DNA of 64,000 nt from a bacterium. Its GTDB lineage: Bacteria; Bacillota_I; Bacilli_A; RFN20; CAG-826. The notes beneath the pieces were generated by a model. That model was given only the letters and a program-made list of their open reading frames with translations. It did not search any database and was not told where the DNA came from. Numbering within the stretch: the stretch's first letter is position 1; each line of letters starts with the position of its first letter. A program made the position numbers and the translations under genes. This document shows positions 55,476-64,000 of this stretch, piece by piece. Where the stretch lies: contig CAVEMS010000002.1 of the NCBI GenBank assembly GCA_963616935.1, positions 64,396-128,395 of the forward strand, written 5' to 3'.

Positions 55476-57026
55476 TTAATCCTGAACCCAGGTGAATGAG
55501 GAGTAGCAATTGATGACGAGATAGATTTTGCCAGCCTCGATATTTAAGTATTGCGTGTCGATCGAAGGCAACTCGCGAGGTTCGCCATTGACATAGATGG
55601 CTTGCGATATCTTCTCGCACCTCTCATCTTCGCCAGACGTCCAAGGCAAGAAAACGCTGGGGGAGGTGGAAGTATCGTGCACGGTTATTCCCTTAAAGAT
55701 TTTGCGATGCGTTTCCGTCGCCCTATTCGTATCGATTATCGTTATGTCCTCAACGTTGACGACTGCAGCGCTATTCGAGGACGTGTCGGGCATCTTTTCG
55801 TTAACTTTGGCGTAGAGGATCCTAGTGTCGGAGCCGATTGGCTGATCGACATAAGGAATCGTGCGCTCTTCATCGGTGTATAGGGTCACGACGTCGCCAT
55901 ATTCCCAAGTAATCTGCGAGCCGATTTTCGTGTTTATGGGATTTTCCCATAGATAATCCATGTAGTAGATATCGACCGACACCTCAGCGCCTAGCCCAGA
56001 ATCGACGCTTCCATCGATTTGGCTAAGACACTCGGCGGATACCTCGCTATCGAGCTCGCGGGCGAAAGTGACTTTATAGCAATAGTCGACGACTTCGTAT
56101 GCGCCAATCGGGTATTTGTAAGAATAGATGTCCCTGACTTCGAAGCCGGACAAAAGACCGTCTTTCGCATAAAAGATCGCTTTGAAGTCCATGTGTTCTA
56201 TGGCTTCGTACGAATTATCATCGCAGCCGAAGGCGATTTCGAAAGCCGTTAAGCCATCAACCTCATAAACGTCGCAAGAAGATAGGCCAACTTGGCTTAT
56301 TAACGATGGGAAGGCAGCGAGGAAATCGTCCATTTTGTCGTTATTCACGATCCACTTTGCGTATTGGGAAAAGCTTGTATCCATATCATCGATGTTCGTG
56401 AATAGATTATCGAAAAGATATGAAGCGTAGCCTTCGTCGGAAAGGTATTGGGTTTTCGAGGAATCGTCTATCTCATAATATCGATATTCGCCATCCGCAT
56501 TATCATTAGTCGAAATGATATATGCGTTGCTGGTGGTCTCTGTCCCCTCTCTGTCCATAGAATCTTCAACGGACTTGCTATAGTAACGGCCATTCTCGCG
56601 ATCTAACGTCGCTTTTTGGGTTATCACGTCGCTAGTTATTATCGTGCCAGACTTGTAAGACAAGATTTTTGTCTCAGTGACGAAAGAGAGGTTTCCTTCA
56701 TAGGCGAGAAATTCATTAAGCGCCGTTTGGACTTCCTTGTAGTTGACGTCTTTGGCGTTATCGACGTATCCGCAGACTTTGCAAGTCGGGTATCCGTCCT
56801 TCGTCTCAAAATCGTGCGCCTCGTAGTCATAACGCGGCTCCTCAAGGCCACAATCGCAGATGTGATAATGACCATAGGCATCGTACTTATATTCTTCGGA
56901 GGCATGGTGAACGTGCGTCGATGGGTCGACGCTTTGCTTCCTTTCCTTCGCCATCAACAGGCAAGAGCTAAGAGACGCCGCGCTTAAGGCGAAGAAAGGG
57001 ACCAACAGTATCTTCTTGTTCTTCAT
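55476..57026 (-). CDS. surface lipoprotein with a His/Cys-rich N-terminal module, paralog A
   Basis: 516 aa. Signal peptide plus lipobox LSSC, followed by HVHHASEEYKYDAYGHYHICDCG...AHDFETKDGYPTCKVCGY. The rest is D/E/Y-rich. Confidence 0.6.
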   Translation of the reverse strand: MKNKKILLVPFFALSAASLSSCLLMAKERKQSVDPSTHVHHASEEYKYDAYGHYHICDCGLEEPRYDYEAHDFETKDGYPTCKVCGYVDNAKDVNYKEVQTALNEFLAYEGNLSFVTETKILSYKSGTIITSDVITQKATLDRENGRYYSKSVEDSMDREGTETTSNAYIISTNDNADGEYRYYEIDDSSKTQYLSDEGYASYLFDNLFTNIDDMDTSFSQYAKWIVNNDKMDDFLAAFPSLISQVGLSSCDVYEVDGLTAFEIAFGCDDNSYEAIEHMDFKAIFYAKDGLLSGFEVRDIYSYKYPIGAYEVVDYCYKVTFARELDSEVSAECLSQIDGSVDSGLGAEVSVDIYYMDYLWENPINTKIGSQITWEYGDVVTLYTDEERTIPYVDQPIGSDTRILYAKVNEKMPDTSSNSAAVVNVEDITIIDTNRATETHRKIFKGITVHDTSTSPSVFLPWTSGEDERCEKISQAIYVNGEPRELPSIDTQYLNIEAGKIYLVINCYSSFTWVQD

Positions 57027-57042
57027 CGTTATACCTCCACCA

Positions 57043-58584
57043 TCAATATATGAACGTGGTCTCTGACCAGTATAGGAAATAGATCTTGCCCGCTTCTAGC
57101 GTGAATTGGCCGACGATTTCCTTTCCATCCAAAGTGAGTTTCGTTCCACAGTATTTGGTATTTCCGTGATAAGTGAAATTCGGACTATAGGCGCAAGGAG
57201 CGGAGTATGAGTTCACACTCAGAACAAGTTTTTTTCGTTTTAAGAAATTAAAATCCATGAGCAGGCATTCTCGATCGAGGAGCTCCCATACGAGAGCCTG
57301 ATCGGATGCCGGTTCGAGCGGCTTGACGTATAGCGCGCTATAGCTCGTGTCTAGAACCTGATCGGTATAAGGAATCGTGCAATCCTTGTCGATATAAAGA
57401 TCGGCGTATGTATGATAGTAATCGCTTGACCAATCGTGTTTTTCGCCAATAGTAGTGTAGATGGTGGACAATTCGTATTCGCCTAAAAACACAGGAATGG
57501 AGAACGAATACGCTTGGCTGGATGCCTCATATTCGCTTTCATCCGGTTTATTTGACTCATAAAGAGCCTGATCGAATTCTTTTTGGAAAGTGATATTTGT
57601 CGTCTCGTATTCGATTTCATCATGCCCGCTTGGATTAAGCTGATGGCGTTCCCAATAGAAATTCAACGCCGAGACGAAATCGTCCTTGACGCTTAACGCA
57701 AGATAGAATGAGTACGACTCAATCTCATTGTCGTAAACTTCTGCGAATGCGATTTCTATCGCGTAAGTGACGGTCCCATCGTCAGAGAGGGCGATACTCG
57801 GAATAAGCTCAGCGTTCTCAATGTCAACAATGAAACCAAAATCATCCTTCAAGTCGTCGAAATTAGTTGCATTTACCATGGCCTCAGGGAAGTCGAAGAG
57901 CTCGGAATCGCTGAAGAAATCGCTAAGCTCTAGACGCGCCACGCCATTATCTGCTTCGCAAACCGTTTTGTCGGTGTCGCTATTTTTTTGGAAATATTTA
58001 TAACCGTTAGCATCATCGCCAGAAACATAGGAAAGGAGACTTTCGGAACTCGAATAGGTCTCGTTTTTATAGTCATAGACAGCTTTGGTATCCGTCTCCT
58101 GCAAGCAATATAGGTTATTGGTTGCACCGTATGTGAGGTCGCATTCACGTGTCGAGAGCCTTTTCGGAAGTTCGTTCTCATATTTGTTTATCGTATACAC
58201 CATTTTGCAGGACAAATCGCCATCGTAGGAGACGTAATTCTTTATGCCGGAGACGAAAATCTTGGCCAATCTATCGTACTCAACGATCGGTAAAGTGTAG
58301 GAATAGCCGCACACTTTGCACGTTCTGACTCCATCTTTTTCCTCATATTCGTGGAGCGCATAGTTGAATCTCACATTCTCATCGCACTTATCGCATGAGT
58401 GATAGTGGCCGTTCTCATCGTATTTGTAACTTGTGGCCGCGACGTGGGCATGCCCAATGGCATCACCGCCATTGCCATTATCGACACGATTGCCCGAACA
58501 TGCCGCAAGCGGCATGAGACATAACGTCATCGATGCCAGCAGTAAGTTTTTTCTTTTTGACATCAAAAAAAACCTCTCTTTCAT
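57043..58584 (-). CDS. surface lipoprotein with a His/Cys-rich N-terminal module, paralog B
   Basis: 513 aa. Lipobox LAAC, followed by HAHVAATSYKYDENGHYHSCDKCDEN...LHEYEEKDGVRTCKVCGY. It is tandem with paralog A, 16 nt apart. Confidence 0.6.
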   Translation of the reverse strand: MKERFFLMSKRKNLLLASMTLCLMPLAACSGNRVDNGNGGDAIGHAHVAATSYKYDENGHYHSCDKCDENVRFNYALHEYEEKDGVRTCKVCGYSYTLPIVEYDRLAKIFVSGIKNYVSYDGDLSCKMVYTINKYENELPKRLSTRECDLTYGATNNLYCLQETDTKAVYDYKNETYSSSESLLSYVSGDDANGYKYFQKNSDTDKTVCEADNGVARLELSDFFSDSELFDFPEAMVNATNFDDLKDDFGFIVDIENAELIPSIALSDDGTVTYAIEIAFAEVYDNEIESYSFYLALSVKDDFVSALNFYWERHQLNPSGHDEIEYETTNITFQKEFDQALYESNKPDESEYEASSQAYSFSIPVFLGEYELSTIYTTIGEKHDWSSDYYHTYADLYIDKDCTIPYTDQVLDTSYSALYVKPLEPASDQALVWELLDRECLLMDFNFLKRKKLVLSVNSYSAPCAYSPNFTYHGNTKYCGTKLTLDGKEIVGQFTLEAGKIYFLYWSETTFIY

Positions 58585-58743
58585 AAGCGTATAATAGCAC
58601 GATTTCGGCGTATTACAATATCAGTGGGAGAGGCGAAGGAATTGGCGCTTTCAGTCAAACGGATAAAGAGAAATTGACGATGCGCCGTTATAAACGTTTC
58701 ATACAAAAAGAAGAAAATGTCCAAAAATCGGCGCAGAGCCCAT

Positions 58744-59670
58744 TCATCTCGTCGATTCGATAAAATCGTCGAATTCCTTTTCGTATCTCTTAGGATCAGT
58801 AAGATAGCTCATCGCGTGTTTGGCCTTCGAAACACCGACGAATCTATGTTTCGATGAACAAGCGGCATCGTTTATCTCGCTCATATGGAATGGCACAAGT
58901 TTATCCTCCTCGCCGTGGAAGAGAAGGACCGGATAAAGGGATTTCGCCAAGGATTTCTCCGTCTTATATTTGAAGACGTTCCTTCTTAGAACCAACGAAT
59001 TGAATAGGCACACGGAAAAGGCGACGAAGCGGGATTTGCATAGATGCCTAACTATTCCATAAGTCGAGGTGTATCCGCAATCGCCGATTATCCCTTTGAC
59101 GTTCTCCATTCTTCTATCGGATGTCAAAAGGACGGAGAAAGAGCCCATAGACACCCCATGGAGATAGATGTCGACGTTATGGCCGTATATCTCGTTTATC
59201 TTCTTGACCCATAGTTCGATGTTTTCCGCCTCATATACCCCGAATCCGGAATGGCGGCCTTCGCTTTTGCCACTACTTTCGTGATCGATGGCGAGCACGT
59301 CATATCGCTTGAGCGTGAAATAATCGAATAAAGCGATGTCGTTGGCGCCAGAGCTAAGATGCCCATGGCTAAAGAGAATGAGAATCGGCCTCTTAGCGTT
59401 CTTTTGCTTCTCGTTCCTCCTAAGTTCCCCGTATAGAACCTTCTTTCTTTCGTTGGTTATATGTAACTCAACGCACGGGATGGCGATATATTCCTTGTAT
59501 CTCTCCTTGACCTCTAGGGGGAATAGGAATTTGTCGTCAGGGACATCGAGCACGCAATAGGGCTTCTTCGTCCTTTTATATATACGGTTATATCCGATGA
59601 TGCCGATGACGGATATGGCCACTAGAAGCAAAAGGAGAAGGCTAGCGATTAGGGTGAGCGCGATTAACAT
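58744..59670 (-). CDS. membrane-anchored alpha/beta-hydrolase (esterase/lipase/peptidase S9-like)
   Basis: N-terminal TM anchor followed by the GVSMG nucleophile elbow (GxSxG) and downstream Asp/His. The preferred start is ATG 59668-59670, directly after a TATAAT and possibly leaderless; the ORF track starts at 59754. Confidence 0.55.
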   Translation of the reverse strand: MLIALTLIASLLLLLLVAISVIGIIGYNRIYKRTKKPYCVLDVPDDKFLFPLEVKERYKEYIAIPCVELHITNERKKVLYGELRRNEKQKNAKRPILILFSHGHLSSGANDIALFDYFTLKRYDVLAIDHESSGKSEGRHSGFGVYEAENIELWVKKINEIYGHNVDIYLHGVSMGSFSVLLTSDRRMENVKGIIGDCGYTSTYGIVRHLCKSRFVAFSVCLFNSLVLRRNVFKYKTEKSLAKSLYPVLLFHGEEDKLVPFHMSEINDAACSSKHRFVGVSKAKHAMSYLTDPKRYEKEFDDFIESTR

Positions 59671-59835
59671 GGCTAGATTATATGATTTTTCGTGACTAAT
59701 GGGGTGAAAACACTCTTTCCCTGTAGCTACTAGATGAACCCAATCGGGACGCATATCGAATTTTGGGAGAATACATCGCCGCCATCGTCAAATCCCTTTG
59801 CATTTATGTATAATTAACTTTCGTGAGGAATAACG

Positions 59836-61455
59836 ATGGATAAGATACATTTCGTCAAAATCATCGATAGTAAGAACGTAGACGACATTAGGGCGTTAGA
59901 GATAAACGCGAAGAAGAAAAGCCATATATTCGATGCGCCGGTCATGAAAATAAACCGCGACGGTTACGTGATATTGGATTTTGGGAAGGAAATCTGTGGG
60001 CGCGTGCACGTCGTCTATAGCTGGAATGGTGACGCCAAAGTCCGCTTTCGGACTGGCGAATCGGTTGCCGAAACCTGCGCTGAACTCGGAGAGAAAGGTG
60101 CTTGTAACGACCATTCCTTGAGGGATGCCGTCTATCCCTCACTCAAACTAAGCGACTTCTCCACCACCGAGACCGGTTTCCGCTTCGTGCGCATCGATTC
60201 GCTTGAAGGAACGGTTCAAATCATCTCTATATACGCCGAGGAGACGCCAAATGGGCTAAAAAGAATCGGGGATTTCAAGTGCAACGACGAAGAGATAAAC
60301 AAGATATTCGAAGTGGCGGCGAGAACCTTATCGCTATGCACTAGGGACGAAGAGATCTGGGATGCCATAAAACGCGACCGGATTGTCTGGATCGGTGATT
60401 TCTACCCGGAATTAATCGGACTATTCCCCTTATATGGAGATTTAAAGCAATTCAAGAACGTCTTCGATTCCTTCGGCTCCTTCGATAAGAGGTGGGCCAA
60501 CGGGCTACCATCCTATTCGGCGTGGTGGTTGCTTTGTTTATGCGAATACTACGCTTTATCGGGGGACGAGGAATACTTCCTTTCGAAAGATAAGGACATC
60601 GATGACGTCATCGCTTCCTTCGATTCGATAATAAAAGAGAATGGGATGATATCGCCAAAGGACGGCATCGTGCCAACAAACGGCGATTTCAACTACTTCA
60701 TCGATTGGCCTTCCAACCAAACGAAAGACAGCGAAATCGGCTGGAGATACTTGCTTCTTATAATGCTAGCGAAAGCGAAAGACGTCTTAAGCGGTTTTAG
60801 CAAGGACGTAAGCAAAATCGAGGCGATGATAAGCCGCCTTTCCTCTTATCACTATGACGAATCGTCCTTCAAGCAAGTGACGGCGCTTGGCGTATTATCT
60901 GGCAAGATAGACGAGAAGAAGGCAAGAGAGGCGCTTAAAAAGGACGGCGCGATGGGTATGACCTGCTTTATGAGCGCGATCATCGTCAAAGCGCTCGCAA
61001 AACTAGACGAAGGCGAGTTCGCCCTAAAAACAATAAAGGAATACTATGGCGCGATGCTAAAGATGGGCGCCACCTCCTTCTTTGAGGATTTCGATATGGG
61101 GTGGCTTAAGGACGATCCAGATCCCATCACGGAATTGCCAAGGGAAAACAAGAAAAACATCCACGCCGACTATGGGAAATTCTGCTATAAGGGCCTTCGC
61201 CATAGTTTATGCCATGGCTGGTCAAGCGGATTCATCTCCTTCTTCTTCGATTACGTTCTCGGCGTCGCCTCTCTCGAACCGGGTTATAAGACGATAAGCG
61301 TCACGCCGCATCTATCGGGCTTAAGGAAAGCAAGCGGCGTCATCGCGACGCCATACGGCCCGATTCATGTGTCGCACGAACTAATCGACGGCAAGATCCA
61401 TACCGAGATCGATTTGCCAAAAGGCGTGCAGATCGCGGATGGATTGATCAAATAG
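59836..61455 (+). CDS. six-hairpin glycoside hydrolase-like protein, alpha-L-rhamnosidase (GH78)-related, short form
   Basis: 539 aa with KRDRIVWIGD (compare GH78 RDERLGWTGD) and C-terminal SLCHGWSSG. Confidence 0.4.
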   Translation: MDKIHFVKIIDSKNVDDIRALEINAKKKSHIFDAPVMKINRDGYVILDFGKEICGRVHVVYSWNGDAKVRFRTGESVAETCAELGEKGACNDHSLRDAVYPSLKLSDFSTTETGFRFVRIDSLEGTVQIISIYAEETPNGLKRIGDFKCNDEEINKIFEVAARTLSLCTRDEEIWDAIKRDRIVWIGDFYPELIGLFPLYGDLKQFKNVFDSFGSFDKRWANGLPSYSAWWLLCLCEYYALSGDEEYFLSKDKDIDDVIASFDSIIKENGMISPKDGIVPTNGDFNYFIDWPSNQTKDSEIGWRYLLLIMLAKAKDVLSGFSKDVSKIEAMISRLSSYHYDESSFKQVTALGVLSGKIDEKKAREALKKDGAMGMTCFMSAIIVKALAKLDEGEFALKTIKEYYGAMLKMGATSFFEDFDMGWLKDDPDPITELPRENKKNIHADYGKFCYKGLRHSLCHGWSSGFISFFFDYVLGVASLEPGYKTISVTPHLSGLRKASGVIATPYGPIHVSHELIDGKIHTEIDLPKGVQIADGLIK

Positions 61456-61473
61456 AGACATAGACGAATAAGC

Positions 61474-61500
61474 AAAAAGGCGGCTTGAACCGCCTTTTTA
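61474..61500. terminator. bidirectional intrinsic terminator between the GH78-like gene (+) and rpiA (-)
   Basis: AAAAA-GGCGGcttgaaCCGCC-TTTTT. Confidence 0.75.
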
Positions 61501-61535
61501 CGTCTAAGAAATCATCGAAAGGAAAATTCGAGGGA

Positions 61536-62288
61536 TCACAAACCCAATATCTCGATTTGGGGGTAACCGATAAAGAGACCTGAATCGAGGACGCCGACTA
61601 TCGACTTTATCCTTTTTTCCATGTCGTCTGGGATATCATTGAACCAAGCGTCCAGGATATAGTTGCCATGCTCGGTGAGAACGGGGCCGTCTTTTGAGGA
61701 GCCCGCTTTACGGATATCGACTCGATATGCGCCAAGTGCCTCAAGTTCTTTTTTGACGGGATAGACGGCTTCGGGCAAAGTTTCGACCGGGACTGGAAAA
61801 CGCTCGCCTAAGCGCGCCACTTTCTTCGATTGATCGACCAATATGTAGGCTTTTTTGGAGCTCGAAAGAACGATCTTCTCGCGAAGCATCGCGCCGCCTC
61901 TTCCTTTGATGAGCCTATTTTTAGAATCGACTTCGTCGGCGCCGTCATAGCACCAATCGAGCTTCCCTTCGCCAAGCTCGGAGATCGATAGGCCTAAGGA
62001 AATGGCCAAATGGGTTATCTCGTAGCTCGTCGTGACGACTTGTAGCTTTAGCCCAAGCACAGAAGCGCGATGGGCCAAGGCGATGGTAGCCAAAAAGGAA
62101 GTGCTACCGCTTCCAATGCCGATACGGTCGCCATTTTTGGCGAGGCTTGCTAGTTCCAAAGCAATCTTTCGCTTCTCCTCTTCGTGCGAGATCGAGGAGA
62201 ATCCTAGCTCGTCTCTAAGCGAGCGCACCAAATCGTCGAAGGAGCCTTTGGGGCTGATATTTAATGGGTTTTCTTTTATCATGCCCAT
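61536..62288 (-). CDS. rpiA: ribose-5-phosphate isomerase A
   Basis: RpiA motifs GIGSGSTS, DGADEVD and KGRGGAMLREK. The annotated N-terminus is about 25 aa longer than typical RpiA, so the true start may be internal. Confidence 0.85.
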   Translation of the reverse strand: MGMIKENPLNISPKGSFDDLVRSLRDELGFSSISHEEEKRKIALELASLAKNGDRIGIGSGSTSFLATIALAHRASVLGLKLQVVTTSYEITHLAISLGLSISELGEGKLDWCYDGADEVDSKNRLIKGRGGAMLREKIVLSSSKKAYILVDQSKKVARLGERFPVPVETLPEAVYPVKKELEALGAYRVDIRKAGSSKDGPVLTEHGNYILDAWFNDIPDDMEKRIKSIVGVLDSGLFIGYPQIEILGL

Positions 62289-62406
62289 ATTATCGACTCT
62301 CTCCTTTCTTTAAGCAATAACCGCACATCTTTTTTCGGTCTATGGGAGAAGCGAAAAAAGCAATTATTTTCGTGACTTTTGAATATTAGAGTATAGACTC
62401 TAGGCG

Positions 62407-63051
62407 ATGGAAAAACCCCTTTACGACTCAAACAACAAACTAGGCGTCATGTCTTACCTCATAAGCAGCGGCTTTTTCGCGACTTTGTTAGGTTCATATA
62501 TCGTCTTGATCTTCATCTCCACGAACGATTCCTTGAGGAACGAGTCGATATTGACGTCCGTCACGAGCTTCATCGGGCTTCTTATCAGCGTCTTTGGGCT
62601 ATATAACGGCCTCAAGAAGAGAGCCATCCATTCCTTTTTGATCACCGGATTGCTATTGGCGTTATTAACGCTAAACGGGCTATTCCGAAGCATCATGCCG
62701 GCGCTTAGCGATAGCTCGGCCTCCCTTTCGTCATGGGGCATCGCCGCCGTTACTTGCTTCTCCTTCCTTTTCGTTAACGGGGTGATCGCTTTATTGCTTC
62801 CCCGAAAACATCTCTTCGTCAGGAAGATGATGCTAATACTCTCGATGACGATACTCGTCGCGATAGATGGCATCACCTTCATATCCGACGTCATCTCGTT
62901 AGTCCAAACGGGCGCCGCAAAAGGTCAGATCGCGTTGCTTAGTTTGCTTAGCGCCTATACTAATTTGGCTCCAATAGTCATTCTAGGCTTCTTGATCGGA
63001 TACCTTCTTGACGTGCATTTCAAAAACGAAATCGTCGAAAAGAAAGACTGA
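62407..63051 (+). CDS. hypothetical polytopic membrane protein
   Basis: 214 aa with about 6 TM helices and no motifs. Confidence 0.45.
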   Translation: MEKPLYDSNNKLGVMSYLISSGFFATLLGSYIVLIFISTNDSLRNESILTSVTSFIGLLISVFGLYNGLKKRAIHSFLITGLLLALLTLNGLFRSIMPALSDSSASLSSWGIAAVTCFSFLFVNGVIALLLPRKHLFVRKMMLILSMTILVAIDGITFISDVISLVQTGAAKGQIALLSLLSAYTNLAPIVILGFLIGYLLDVHFKNEIVEKKD

Positions 63052-63056
63052 TTTTC

Positions 63057-63824
63057 TTATAAATCGATATCAAGTTCGATCGGCGCATGGTCGCTTCCGA
63101 GCGTTTCCGTATGGATTTTCGAGTCGATGAGTTTAGAAGTTAAGGAAGGAGACAACACGAAATAATCGATTCTCCATCCGGCGTTCTTTTCTCTGGCGTG
63201 GAAGCGGTAGCTCCACCAGGAATATTCGATTTTCGTTGGATATAGATAGCGGTATGAATCGATGTAGCCATGGCCAAGAAGTCTCGTGAATGCGGCTCTT
63301 TCTTCGTCTGTGAAGCCGGCATTATGGCGATTCGATTGGGGATTCTTAAGATCGATCTCATTATGAGCGACGTTAAGATCGCCGGCATAGATGACGGGTT
63401 TGTTGGAATTAAGCCCGTCGATGAATTTCAAAAGCCTCTCTTCGTATTCCAAACGGAAGGACAACCGTTTGAGTTCTTCCCCGCTGTTTGGGACATAGAC
63501 GCCAAGGAAATAGAAGGAAGGGTATTCGGCGAGGATGACTCGGCCTTCCTCGCTATAAGCGCCATCATCTAGGCCATATCGGACCGAAAGAGGCTCTTCC
63601 TTTGAGAAAAGAGCGACCCCACTATAGCCTTTTTTGACTTTCGAGGTGCTTTGGTATAGATGATACCCGCTCGGCTTGAAGGGATATTCCTTGCCATCTT
63701 CTTCCGTGAATTTGCTCTCACCGATGAAGAAGATATCGGCATCGAAGGAAAAGAAAGTATCCTCGAAGCCTTTCTTGAGGATGGCCCTAAGCCCGTTAAC
63801 GTTCCAAGAAATGATTTTTTTCAT
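63057..63824 (-). CDS. xth: exodeoxyribonuclease III / AP endonuclease (Xth family)
   Basis: 255 aa with N-terminal ISWNVNGLRA, internal NEIDLKN and C-terminal GSDHAPIELD. Confidence 0.85.
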   Translation of the reverse strand: MKKIISWNVNGLRAILKKGFEDTFFSFDADIFFIGESKFTEEDGKEYPFKPSGYHLYQSTSKVKKGYSGVALFSKEEPLSVRYGLDDGAYSEEGRVILAEYPSFYFLGVYVPNSGEELKRLSFRLEYEERLLKFIDGLNSNKPVIYAGDLNVAHNEIDLKNPQSNRHNAGFTDEERAAFTRLLGHGYIDSYRYLYPTKIEYSWWSYRFHAREKNAGWRIDYFVLSPSLTSKLIDSKIHTETLGSDHAPIELDIDL

Positions 63825-64000
63825 ATTGTTTTCCTCTTTCCTAAGCCGATTTTCTCTCTAATTTTCTAACAAATCCTCGATGTTGCAACCCAAAACCAAC
63901 GTTAGCCTATGAAGGGTTATAGCCTGCGCTTTGTTTATGTCGTTTTTGTTTTGCTCGTACATTTGTATCGAGCGTAGCGACACATCTGCCCTTTTGGATA

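Noticed and set aside
1-64000. CRISPR arrays, rRNA genes, prophage, integrase, transposase or IS elements
   Set aside because: No spacer-repeat periodicity, rRNA-like conserved blocks, DDE/tyrosine-recombinase motifs or terminal inverted repeats were found. The 42.1-48.9 kb island has no recognisable mobility gene.

Overview
This 64-kb window looks like the chromosome of a wall-less, low-to-moderate-GC Firmicute (Mollicutes-like), with most genes on the minus strand. Three observations support the Mollicutes reading: the division cluster is reduced to mraZ-rsmH-(small membrane ORF)-ftsA-ftsZ with no mur/pbp genes, many predicted lipoproteins are present, and there is a GT4 glycolipid-synthase-like gene next to a PlsC-like gene. 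TGA is used as a stop codon, so this is code 11, not code 4.

Housekeeping content includes:
- pheS/pheT behind a T-box leader, followed by a TrmH-family methyltransferase gene
- an initiator-like tRNA-Met
- ackA and nrnA
- rpiA and xth
- glgB and glgP
- a heterodimeric ABC exporter pair
- a MalK-like ATPase
- a partial rubrerythrin gene at the left edge

Carbohydrate-active genes are frequent (GH36 alpha-galactosidase, a GH2 enzyme, and two rhamnosidase-like six-hairpin glycosidases), which suggests a saccharolytic, host- or gut-associated lifestyle.

The features most worth a second look are:
(a) a hypB / 969-aa Fe-S flavoprotein / hypA operon with no hydrogenase structural genes in view
(b) three paralogous COG1373-type AAA+ ATPase genes: one is frameshifted at an A6 tract, one is an inactive, degenerate copy in an AT-rich island, and two share an A-tract/TGTG upstream motif
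(c) a roughly 7-kb compositionally anomalous island (about 42.1-48.9 kb) holding the degenerate ATPase, a gene broken at three simple-sequence tracts (T6, (TAGG)n, A7), and about 500 bp of unexplained non-coding DNA
(d) six phased 20-bp iteron-like repeats between glgB and a Schlafen/AlbA_2 + HATPase_c_4 gene
(e) two tandem paralogous lipoproteins sharing a His/Cys-rich N-terminal module
(f) a DUF523 protein fused to a long KDGERRSF-type charged repeat tail

No CRISPR array, rRNA, integrase or transposase was seen. Coordinates read by hand from the sequence may be off by a few nucleotides.
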